Shown: positions 43,501 to 53,141 of the stretch, in pieces
How the letters are laid out: each line of letters starts with the position of its first letter
How positions within the stretch are numbered: the stretch's first letter is position 1
NCBI GenBank assembly: GCA_977017645.1
Contig: OZ360252.1
Span: 36,952,001-37,016,000, forward strand
Length of the DNA: 64,000 bases
Reading direction: 5' to 3'
Source: Torpedo marmorata
Lineage: Eukaryota
Made by a program: the position numbers and the translations under genes
The notes under the pieces: generated by a model
Databases searched by the model: none
The model's input: the letters and a program-made list of their open reading frames with translations, nothing else
What the model was told of the DNA's origin: nothing

Positions 43501-46500
43501 TCACGGTGCCGGGGTTATTTATCCGGTATAACGGTGTGGGGGGGTGGGTGTTTACCCAGTGTCGCTGTGCGGGGGAGTTATATACCCGGTGTTGGGGTGC
43601 AAGGTGGGTATTTACCTATGTCGCTGTGCGGGTGGGTTATTTATGCGGTGTTGCGGTGCAGAGTGGGTTATTTACACGGTGTTGCGGTGCGGGTGGGTTA
43701 TTTACCCGGTGTCGCGGTGTGGGGTGGGTTATTTATCCGGTATTGTGGTGCGGTGAGGTTATTTATCGGTGTCGCGGTGCGGGGGGTTATTTACTGGGTG
43801 TCATGTTGGGGGGATTTATTTATCTGGTGTCGTGGTGCGGGGTGGGTTATTTACCCAGTGTCACGGTGTGGGGTGGGCTATTTACCCGGTGTCGTGGTGC
43901 GGGTGGGTTATTTACCCAGTGTCGCGGTGAGGATGGGTTATTTACCCAGTGTTGCAGTGAGGGTGGATTATTTACCCAGTGTCGCAGTGAGGGTGGGTTA
44001 TTTACCCAGTGTCGTGGTGCGGGTGGGTTATTTACCCAGTGTCGCGGTGAGGATGGGTTATTTACCCAGTGTTGCAGTGAGGGTGGGTTATTTACCCAGT
44101 GTCGTGGTGTGGGTGGGTTATTTACGCGGTGTCACGGTGTTGGGTGGGTTATTTACACGGTGTCGCTGTGCAGGGGCGTTATTTACCCGGTGTTGCGGTG
44201 CGGGGGGGGTATTTACCCAGTGTTGCTGAGCGGGGGAGTTATTTACCCAATATCACGGTGCGGGGGATGTTTACCCGGTGTCGTGGAGCGGGGGTGGGTT
44301 ATTTAACTGTTTTCGCGGTGCAAGGGGGTATTTAACCGGTGTTGCAGTGTGGGGGCATTTACCAGATGACGCGGTACGGGGGTTATTTACCAGGTGTCGC
44401 GATGCGGGTGCATTATTTACCCAGTTTGCTCTTGCAGGGTTTTTTTCTACCAGATGACGTGGTGTAGGGGGGTTATTTACCCGGTACGCGGTGCGGTGGG
44501 GTTATTTATCCGGTGTCGTGGTGCGGGGAGGTTATTTACCCGGTGTCGCGGTGCGGGGGGTTATTTACCCACTGTCGCGGTGAGGGGGGGGTATTTACCC
44601 GGTGTTGCGGTGCGGGGAGGTTATTTATCCGGTGTCGTAGTGCGGGTAGGTTATTTACCCAGTGTCGCGGTGGGGGGGGGTATTTACCCGGTGTTGCTGT
44701 GCGGGGGGCTATTTACCTGGTGTCGAGGAGCGGGTGGGTTATTTACCCAGTGTCGCAGTGAGGGTGGGTTATTTACGCAGTGTCACGGTGTTGGGTGGGT
44801 TACTTACCCGGTGTCGCTGTGCAGAGGCGTTATTTATCCGGTTTTGCGGTGCGGGGGGTGTGTACCCAGTGTCGTGGAGCTGGGGTGGGTTATTTATCTG
44901 TTTTCGCGGTGCAAGGGGTTATTTAACCGGTGTTGCAGTGCAGGGGTATTTACCCGATGTCGCGGTGCGGGGGGTTATTGACCCGGTGTTGCGGTGGGGG
45001 GATTTATTTACGCGGTGTTGTGGTATCCGGTGTCATGGTGCGGGGTGTTATTTACGCGGTGCCGTGGTGCGGGGTGGGTTATTTATCAGGTGTCGTGGTG
45101 CGGGTGGGTTATTTACGTGGTGTTCTGGGGTGGGGTGGGTTATTTACCCAGTGTCACTGTGTGGGGTGGGTTATTTACCCGGTGTTGTGATGTGGCGGGC
45201 TATTTACCCGGTGTCGTGGAGCGGTTGGGTTATTTACGCGGTGTCACGGTGTTGGGTGGGTTACGTACCCGGTGTCGCTGTGCAGGGGCGTTATTTACCC
45301 AGTGTTGCGGTGCGGGGGGTAATTACCCAGTGTCGCTGTGCGGGGGAGTTATTTACCCAGTGTCGTGGTGCGGGGGCTGTTTACCCAGTGTCACGGAGCG
45401 GGGTTGATTATTTAACTTTTCGCAGTGCAAGGGGGTATTTAACCAGTGTTGCAGTGCGGGGGTATTTACCCAATGTCACGGTGCCGGAGTTATTTATCCG
45501 GTATAACGGTGTGGGGGGGTGGGTGTTTACCCAGTGTCGCTGTGCGGGGGAGTTATATACCCGGTGTTGAGGTGCAGGGTGGGTATTTACCTATGTCGCT
45601 GTGCGGGTGGGTTATTTATGCGGTGTTGCGGTGCAGAGTGGGTTATTTACACGGTGTTGCGGTGCGGGTGGGTTATTTACCCGGTGTCGCGGTGTGGGTG
45701 GGTTATTTACCTGGTGTCGTGGTGCGGGTGGGTTATTTACACGGTGTCCGGTGTTGGGTGGGTTATTTACCCGGTGTCGCAGTGCGGGGTGGGTTATTTA
45801 CCCGGTACGCGGTGCGGTGGGGTTATTTATCCGGTGTCATGGTGCGGGATGTTATTTACCCGGTGCGGTGGGGTTATTTATCTGGTGTCGTGGTGTGGGG
45901 TGTTATTTACCCAGTGTTGCGGTGCGGTGGGGTTATTTATCCGGTTTCGCGGTGCGGTGGAGTTATTTATCCGCTGTCGTGGTGCGGTGGGGTTATTTAT
46001 CCGGTGTCATGGTGTGGGGTGTTATTTACCCGGTGTCGTTGTGCGGGGAGGTTATTTACCCAGTGTCGCAGTGCGGTGGGTTATTTACCCAGTGTCGCAG
46101 TGCAGTGGGTTATTTACCCGGTGTCACGGAGCGGGTGGGTTATTTATCCGGTGTTGCGGTGCAGTGGGGTTATTTACCCACTGTCGCGGTGCGGGGAGGT
46201 TATTTATCCGGTGTCGTGGTGCGGGGAGGTTATTTACCCGGTGTTGCGGTGGTGGGATTTATTTATCCGGTGTCGCGGTGCGGGATGGGTTATTTACCAG
46301 GTGTCGTGGTGCGGGTGGGTTATTTATGCGGTGTCGTGGTGCGGGGTGGGTTATTTACCCAGTGTCACGGTGTGGGGTGGGTTATTTACCCGGTGTCATG
46401 GTGCGGGGTGGTTATTTACCGGTGTCGCAGTGCGGGGGGTTATTTACCCGGTGTCGCGGTGGGGAGATTTATTTATCTGGTGTGGTGCGGGGTGGGTTAT

Positions 46501-48393
46501 TTACCCAGTGTCGCGGTGTGGGGTGGGCTATTTCCTCGGTGTCGCGGTGCGGGTGGGTTATTTACACGGTGTCCGGTGTTGGGTGGGTTATTTGCCTGGT
46601 GTCGCTGTGCGGGGAGTTATTTACCCGGTGGTGCGGTGGGGTTATTTATCCGGTGTCGCGGTGCGGTGGGGTTATTTATCTGGTGTCATGGTGCGGGGTG
46701 TTATTTACCCGTTGTTGCGGTGCGGGGGTATTATTTACCCGGTGTCGCGGTGCGGGGAGGTTATTTATCCGGTGTCGTGGTGCGGGGAGGTTATTTAACC
46801 GGTGTCACAGTGGGGGGATTTATTTATCCGATGTCGCGGTGCAGGATGGGTTATTTACCAGGTGTCGCGGTGCGGGGAGGTTATTTACCGGTGTTGCGGT
46901 GCGGGGGTTATTTACCCGGTGTCGCGGTGGGGGGATTTATTTATCTGGTGTTGTGGTGCGGGTGGGTTATTTACCCAGTGTAATGGTGTGGGGTGAGCTA
47001 TTTACCCGGTGTCGCGGTTCGGGTGAGTTATTTACCCGGTGTCCGATGTTGGGTGGGTTATTTACCTGGTGTCGCTGTGCGGGGGATTATTTACCCGGTG
47101 TCGCGGTGCTGTGTGAGTTATTTACCCTGTGTCGCTGTGCGGGGGAGTTATTTAACCTGTGTCATGGTGCAGGGGGGTTATTTACCCGGTGTCTTGGTGA
47201 GGGGGGGTTATTTACCCGGTGTTGCAGTGCGGGGGGTTATTTTCCTGGTGTCATGGTGCAGGTTGGGTTATTTACGTGGTGAAGGGGGGTTATTTACCTG
47301 GTGTTGAGGTGCGGGGCGGGTATTTACCCAGTGTCGCGGTGCGGGTGGGTTATTTACCCAGTGTCGCGGTGCGGGGGGTTATTTACCCAGTGTCGCGGTG
47401 CGGGGTGGGTTATTTACCCGGTGTTGCGGTGCGGGGGTTATTGACCTGTTGCCGTGGTGTGGGTGGGTTATTTACGCAGTGTCGCAGTGCGGGTGGGTTA
47501 TTTACCTGGTGTCGTGGTGCGGGGTAGGTTATTTACCCGGTGGCGCGGTGCAGCGAGGTTGTTTACCTGGTGTCGTGGTGAGAGTGGGTTATTTACCCGG
47601 TGTCGCGGTGCGGGTCGGTTATTTACCCGGTGTCGCGGTGCGGGGGGGTTATTTACCCGTTGTCGCGGTGTGGTGGGTTATTTACCCGGTGTGGTGGGTT
47701 ATTTACCCAGTGTCGCAGTGTGGGGGGTGGGTTATTTATGCGGTGTCACGGTGTTGGGTGGGTTACTTACCTGGTGTCGTGCGGAGGGTTATTTACCCGT
47801 TGTCGCGGTGTGGTGGGTTATTTACCCGGTGTCGCGGTGTGGTAGGTTATTTACCCGGTGTCGCGGTGTGGTGGGTTATTTACCCAGTGTCGCGGTGTGG
47901 TGGGTTATTTAACCAGTGTCGCGGTGTGGAGGGTTATTTACCCGGTGTCGCGGTGTGGTGGGTTATTTACCCGGTGTCGCGGTGTGGTGGGTTATTTACC
48001 CAGTGTCGCGGTGTGGTAGGTTATTTACCCGGTGTCGCGGTGTGGTGGGTTATTTAACCAGTGTCGCGGTGTGGAGGGTTATTTACCCGGTGTCGCGGTG
48101 TGGTGGGTTATTTACCCAGTGTCGCGGTGTGGTGTGTTATTTACCCAGTGTCGCGGTGTGGTGGGTGGGTTATTTATGCGGTGTCATGGTGTTGGGTGGG
48201 TTACTTACCTGGTGTCGTGCGGAGGGTTATTTACCCGTTGTCGCGGTGTGGTGGGTTATTTACCCGGTGTCGCGGTGTGGGGGGTGGGTTATTTATGCGG
48301 TGTCACGGTGTTGGGTGGGTTACTTACCTGGTGTCGTGGTGCGGAGGGTTATTTACCCAGTGTTACGGTATGGGGGGTGGGTTATTTACCCGG
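13543..48393 (+). repeat. Diverged 29-31-bp satellite (consensus ~GGGTGGGTTATTTACCCGGTGTCGCGGTGC), CpG-rich, with higher-order and segmental duplications (~1,150 monomers by length/30)
   Basis: The GGTTATTTACCC core recurs every ~30 bp, with recurrent ordered variant monomers. The array ends abruptly near 48393. Confidence 0.98.
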
Positions 48394-49179
48394 CGGATGA
48401 AATACTGGGTTATCTCAATGAAAATCGCTGACCATGTTTCCCTACCCCGAGTACAACTCATTCATCCAATCACCACCTGGGGAATAACAGGAGCCCATAA
48501 ACTCTCAGGTACTGAAAATCGTTTCCCAGGTGACCCGCTCTTGCATCTCTCCTCCATCTCCGCTCCGCACAGTTTAACATTCCTCCAGCAAGCGTCTATT
48601 CAAATACGGTGAACTGGAGCGTCAAATATTTTGAAGGAAAGTCCATGTCTCCTGCACCCTTGGCATCGTCCACTTTACTGGCACATGAGGTCACTGCTGA
48701 AAGAGGCACACCACTGCAGGTGATTGACCACTGCAAGATCCCACAATGCAGTGGGATGTTCTCGATGGAAGGTCAGTTGGTTAAGGTTCAATGTTAACCC
48801 AGGGAAATCTTTCTCGGAGAACGTTCAACATGAGGACTGTTTAACATCTGAGGGAGCATACCTGCACAGGACCAACCTGTCGAAAGGTTGACTCCACAGT
48901 CTCCAGACCCACGCCCTCCAGGAGGAGGAGGGAGCAGGTGCCTTGTCACTTCCACACGTCGCACTGACTGTTTTCATGTCAGGGGGAGAGCTTTGCAGCG
49001 TTGAAATCATTCTCTTTTAATGGAACATTTTACTTGCCTAATTGCTGAAAATGTCTCCCAGCTGTTCCTGCACGCAGAGAACTCCCCGGCCATCTGGTCT
49101 GCCTGTCTTCTCCCTGTGTCCTCCCCACGTCAGGGGATGTTTCCAAGGGGAAGGATGGGGGTGGTGGTGAGTGATTTTA

Positions 49180-49420
49180 AATTTAGACACACAGCAGGGT
49201 AACAGGCTCTTCCGGCCCACGAGCCCGTGCCGTCCAATTACACCCAATTGACCAACAACCCCCAGTACATTTTGAAGGGTGGGAAGAAACCGGAGCACCC
49301 AGAGGAAACACTCAGACATGGGGAGAACCGTTCAAACTCCTTGCAGACAGCGCCGGATTCAAACCCGGGTCGCTGGCGCTGTCACAGCGTTGCGCTAACC
49401 AGGACGCTAACCGTGCAGCC
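49180..49420 (-). mobile_element. tRNA-derived V-SINE (HE1-like) with CR1-type 3' tail
   Basis: On the minus strand: A-box-like TGGTTAGCG, B-box GGTTTGAATCC, V-domain GTTTCCTCTGGGTGCTCCGGTTTCTTCCCAC, and tail GTGGGCCGGAAGAGCCTGTTACCCTGCTG. Confidence 0.85.
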
Positions 49421-49765
49421 AGTTTCCCATGGGGGAACGGAGGCTCCAGGAGAGAAATGTGGTCAGGGTGTGTGGTACGGGAAAACGAGAATGTTTGAGA
49501 GAAGATCAGGGAGAGGGTGGGGGGGAGGGGTGACTACTGGTATTGGAGCTGGTAAGGATGGGTAAGAGGACAGGTCAGAGTGATTGGGGTTAATGGGAGA
49601 ATGTCACAAAGGCAGTGGAGTTCAGGGAGAGACCAGAGGAGAGCAGAGATCACCAGCTCCCCACTGCTCATATCCTGGGGTTACCGCTGATCAGCAAGTC
49701 ACAGGAGCAGGTCTGAGACAGGTATCCTGTGGTGAGTGGTCAACGAGAGTAAAACACGGACATCT

Positions 49766-49884
49766 GCAGACACCGTGGTTGAAGTAAAAACAATGCTGGA
49801 GAAACTCAGCAGGTCAAACAGTGTACTTTATGTAGCAAAGATAAAGATACATAACCAACGTTTCGGGCTTGAGCCCTTCATCAG
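49766..49884 (-). mobile_element. Penelope-like element 3'/pLTR fragment ending at a hammerhead core
   Basis: Reverse complement of 52690-52810 and 60660-60760. The minus strand reads CTGATGAAGGGCTCAAGCCCGAAACGTT. Confidence 0.75.
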
Positions 49885-50175
49885 ACACTGAGTGTCCATG
49901 GATTCGTCTCCATGGCTCTTGCGGCCACACAGCCTTCAGTCCAAAGCATCGGCAACCCGAGCTCCAGATGCAGACACGATCAGGAAGCCTCCAGTGCCCT
50001 CTCGTAACCCGGTTCCGATACCTGGTGCCCCTTCAGCCAGTCTTGGGCCAGTCTCCAGCTTGGTGTAAGTCCTTTGACCGCAGTCGCCATCCTACATGGG
50101 TTCCTCGCCTCGAGTTGCCAACAGCCCGCCGCCTGTGTGTTCTTCAGCCTCAGAGCCCGTCACCGGTCCGCCGTA
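49885..50175 (-). mobile_element. Internal fragment of the unnamed GC-rich dispersed repeat also at 53142-53992 and 63676-64000
   Basis: Shares CACTGAGTGTCCRTGGATTC, ATCGGCAACCCGAGCTCCAGAT and GACACGATCAGGAAGCCT with 63835-63960. Confidence 0.8.
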
Positions 50176-50403
50176 AAACACGAAAGACACCGTGGTTGAA
50201 GTAAAAACACAATGCTGGAGAAACTCAGCAGGTCAAACAGTGTCATTTATATAGCAAAGATAAAAATGCATGGCAGCATTTCGGGCTTGAGCCCTTCAAG
50301 GTATGGACGAAATGTAGGCAGGTGCCTGAACAAAATGGTGAGGGGAGAGAGGCAGGGGGTGGAGCGCACACCCATAGGCAGGAGGTAATAGGTTGGTAAG
50401 GGA
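50176..50403 (-). mobile_element. Penelope-like 3'/pLTR fragment with degenerate hammerhead core
   Basis: Repeats 49770-49880 (ACACCGTGGTTGAAGTAAAAAC..TGCTGGAGAAACTCAGCAGGTCAAACAGTG). The core has a 3-nt deletion (TTGAAGGGCTCAAGCCCGAAATGC). Confidence 0.72.
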
Positions 50404-50454
50404 ACAACTCCTGCTCCGTTTTCTTTGCTTGTGATGCGACCCTTTCCACTTACC

Positions 50455-50662
50455 TGAAATTGAGACATACAGCACGGTAACAGGCCCTTTTTGGCCCACG
50501 AGTCCGTGCCACCCAATTAACCTCCAACCCCCGTACGTTTTGAAGGGTGGGAGGAAACTGGAGCACCCGGAGGAAACCCACGCAGACACGGGGAGAACGT
50601 ACAAACACCTTACAGACAGCGGCAGATTTGAACCCGGGTCGCTGGCGCTGTAACAGCGTTGC
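50455..50662 (-). mobile_element. V-SINE (HE1-like), second copy, 5' end slightly clipped
   Basis: Colinear with 49180-49400. B-box GGTTCAAATC and V-domain GTGGGTTTCCTCCGGGTGCTCCAGTTTCCTCCCAC. Confidence 0.85.
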
Positions 50663-50664
50663 TG

Positions 50665-51270
50665 ATACAGTGCAGCTCAATGCCATCCGGATCCTGGATC
50701 GGCTTCCCGGCCAACACCTTACCCGCCCCTCCCTCCACCACCGGTGCCCGGTGGCTGCACTATGCACCACAGGCTACTCCAACACGACCTCCCAAACCCA
50801 CCCCCTCTCCCACCAAGGAGGCCAAGGGTGGTGGGCACTTTAGGGCACAAAGTTCGTAGCTGGTCTGGTTGAGTTTGTCGTCGGTGGGACCCTGCAGATT
50901 CCCCTCTGGGTCGTGCAACATCCCGATTTGGAAATGTGCCTCCAAACATTCTTTGTCGCTTTGTCGCGGTCGCGTGCTTATCTTCGTCGGGAGGAGAGTG
51001 AGAGCGTCAGGATCACCCGTGTGGCAGTGAGCCAATGAGAAGGTCAGAGGAGTTTAGCTGGGTGGTGTTTGGGGAGTTGAAGAATGCAATGTTGTGTCTA
51101 GTGAATAATAAAAAGAAAGTCGACTTCATGGTGTGCTGAAAGAAACGAGTGAGTGTATTCTTTATTTGTTTGTAAGCTGTCGTGAATCAGTGTTGTTACA
51201 GCTGGGTCCAAATCCTGGAATTCCTTCCCAACAGAACTGTGGTGGGAGAAGGAATGCATCGATTCAAGAA
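50665..51270 (+). mobile_element. Old degenerate non-LTR retrotransposon 3' fragment, split by the 50962-51200 insertion
   Basis: CTCCCTCCACCACCGG, CATCCCGATTTGGAAAT and TGTCGCT|GGGTCCAAATCCTGGAATTCC resemble, from memory, a common chondrichthyan LINE 3' region. The clade is uncertain. Confidence 0.5.
50962..51200 (+). mobile_element. Candidate solo LTR (239 bp)
   Basis: TGT...ACA termini, flanks GCTT/GCTG (4-bp TSD with one mismatch), internal CCAAT (~51032) and AATAAA (~51107). It interrupts an otherwise continuous older repeat. Confidence 0.6.
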
Positions 51271-51465
51271 CGTAAATCATAGAGCAGTGCGCAGCACAGG
51301 TCAGGACCTTCTGCCCACCAGCTCTGTGACGACCATGGTGCGAATCTAATTCCACCTGCCTGCACAGTCCCTTCCTGTCCCTGGCTTATCCTCAATGTTG
51401 TTCATGGCATCCAGCACCTTCTCCTCTTTAATATCGACGCACCCACTTTTCCAAGGACAAATCGG

Positions 51466-51580
51466 AGTCAAGTCAAGTTTATTGTCATCCGATTGCACAA
51501 GTACAACCCGACGAAACAACGCTCTCCGGTCCTCGGTGCAAAACATGCAGACACACAACCAGACATAACACAATAAATGC
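51466..51580 (-). mobile_element. Short LINE 3' tail (Rex1/Babar-like)
   Basis: The minus strand ends TGACAATAAACTTGACTTGACT, the same tail design as the Rex1 copies at 53097 and 54457. Confidence 0.5.
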
Positions 51581-51604
51581 CGGTTTGCCAGGTGCCTCAA
51601 GGTG

Positions 51605-52026
51605 AAAAAGTGTCTGCAGACACTGTGATTGTAGTAAAAACACACAGAAAAGCTGGAGGAACTCAGCCGGCCTCGCAGCGTCCACAGGAGGTAAAGATAT
51701 ATTACCAACGTTTCAGGCCTGAGCCCTTCTTCAAGGAATAAGCAAAGAACAGGAAGGTGTCAGAATAAAGAGACTGAAGGCCAGGGGAGGGGTCCAGACC
51801 AACAAAAGGTGTTAATTGGATATGATAAAAGGAGAGGTGAGAATTGATTTTGGCTCTGTGAAAGGAAACAGAGGAAAAAGGGGAGAGAGAGAGATGAAGG
51901 ATAGGTGACAGGGAGAAGAAGAAGGTGGGAGGGTGTTCAACAGAAACTGGAGAAGTCGATGTTAATGCCATCCGGTTGGAGGGTGCCCAGATGGAAGATG
52001 AGGTGTTGTTCCTCCAATTTGCAGGT
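51605..52026 (-). mobile_element. Penelope-like element 3' fragment (end of GIY-YIG ORF plus hammerhead-bearing terminus)
   Basis: The minus strand encodes CKLEEQHLIFHLGTLQPDGINIDFSSFC*, then a pyrimidine-rich UTR and TATTCC-TTGAAGA-A-GGGCTCAGGCCT-GAAACGTT-GGTAATA. Confidence 0.8.
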
Positions 52027-52284
52027 CACCATTCATAAGGTGAGAGGGCCACACTGGATTTACATCAGTGAACATCAAACTTGCCACGCACCCAATCGCA
52101 TTACTGTGGGTGGGTGATCAGGTTGCAAATGGAATTTGACATTTGCGCAATGTTTACGTGTGGTCAGTGTAAAGAACCCCGAGGCTACTGTGCCTTTAAT
52201 ATTCACACCTGCTCATTATTGCCCATTGCTAATACACCTTGTAGAGAGACAACCCGGAAACAGACCTTTCGGCTCACTGTCTGT

Positions 52285-53097
52285 GCTTTGTGAGGTGTTT
52301 GAGGAGATTCGGTAAGTCACCGAAGGCTCTCGAAAATTTCTACAGGTGTACCGTGGAGAGCATTCTGTCTGGTTGCATCACTGTCTGGTATGGAGGTGCC
52401 AACGCTCAGGACAAGAAGAAACTCCAGAGGGTTGTTAACTCGGCCTGCGACATCACAGGCATCAGTCTTCATTCCATCGAGGACGTCCACAAGAGACAGT
52501 GTCTTAAGAAAGCAGCCTCTATCCTCAAAGACCCCCACCACCCAGGCCATGCCCTCTTCACTCTGCTACCATCGGGAAAAAGGTACAGGAGCCTGAAGAC
52601 GAGCACTCAGCGGCACAAGGACAGCTTCTTCCCCCCCCCCCCCCCCCACTCTTTTGTTCGGACGCCTGCCGGCATTTTCTCATACTTTGATGAAGGGCTC
52701 AAGCCTGAAACGTCGGTTATGTATTTCTACCTTTGCTACATAAAAGACACTGTTTGACCTGTTGAGTTTCTCCAGCATTTGTGTTCTTTACTTCAACCAC
52801 GGTGTCTACAGATTTTCGTGTTTTACTTTTTAATTCACTGAATGACTAATCCATCGGGAAAAAGGTACAGGAGCCTAAAGACGAGCACTCAGCGGCACAA
52901 GGACAACTTCTTCCCCGCTGCCATCAGATTCCTGAATGAACAGTGAACCGCAGACACCACCTTACTTTGACTTTTCGTGCACTATTTTTATTTATTTTTG
53001 TAAGGTGGTTTATATAAATGTTTGCACTGTGATGCTGCCGCAAAACAACGAATTTCGTGACATGTTCATGACAATAAATTCTAATTCAGATACTGAT
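52285..53097 (+). mobile_element. Rex1/Babar-type LINE 3' fragment, interrupted at 52635-52850
   Basis: LRRFGKSPKALENFYRCTVESILSGCITVWYG..KKAASILKDPHHPGHALFTLLPSGKRYRS..DSFFPAAIR is typical of the Rex1 C-terminus. The tail is TGACAATAAATTCTAATTCAGA. Confidence 0.85.
52635..52830 (+). mobile_element. Penelope-like pLTR fragment with hammerhead motif, inserted in the Rex1 copy
   Basis: Near-identical to 60610-60760. The motif is CATACT-TTGATGA-A-GGGCTCAAGCCT-GAAACGTC-GGTTATG at 52681-52721. Confidence 0.8.
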
Positions 53098-53141
53098 CAG
53101 CAACCATCCACTTAGACTCATCCTTTTGTATTCTCCCTAAA

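Noticed and set aside
13543-48393. CRISPR-like array (constant core with variable intervening sequence)
   Set aside because: The variable parts are mutated copies of one sequence rather than unique spacers. There are no cas genes and the context is vertebrate-like.
1-48393. V(D)J recombination signal array (GGTTATTTA nonamer-like, CACGGTG/CACAGTG heptamer-like)
   Set aside because: The spacing is 8 or 38 bp, not 12 or 23. The nonamer match is only 6/9 and there are no V/D/J segments.
1-48393. Telomeric or interstitial telomere repeat (GGGTTA in each monomer)
   Set aside because: There is only one hexamer per 30 bp and no tandem TTAGGG. A subtelomeric or centromeric location cannot be determined from this window.
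16-48612. Very long and numerous plus-strand ORFs (up to 3365 aa) as protein-coding genes
   Set aside because: They are translations of a stop-free 30-mer. All frames are open, frames swap at G-run indels, and no domains or splice structure are evident.
48394-49175. Unique-looking sequence next to the array as a possible exon or enhancer
   Set aside because: The short ORFs have no recognisable homology and there are no convincing splice signals. It needs cross-species alignment or RNA-seq.
49340-49420. tRNA gene (A and B boxes), also at ~50620 and ~54170
   Set aside because: The boxes are SINE heads followed by a V-domain, and no full cloverleaf is evident.
52290-52757. 155-aa ORF as a fusion protein
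   Set aside because: It is chance read-through from the Rex1 remnant across a poly-C junction into Penelope UTR sequence.
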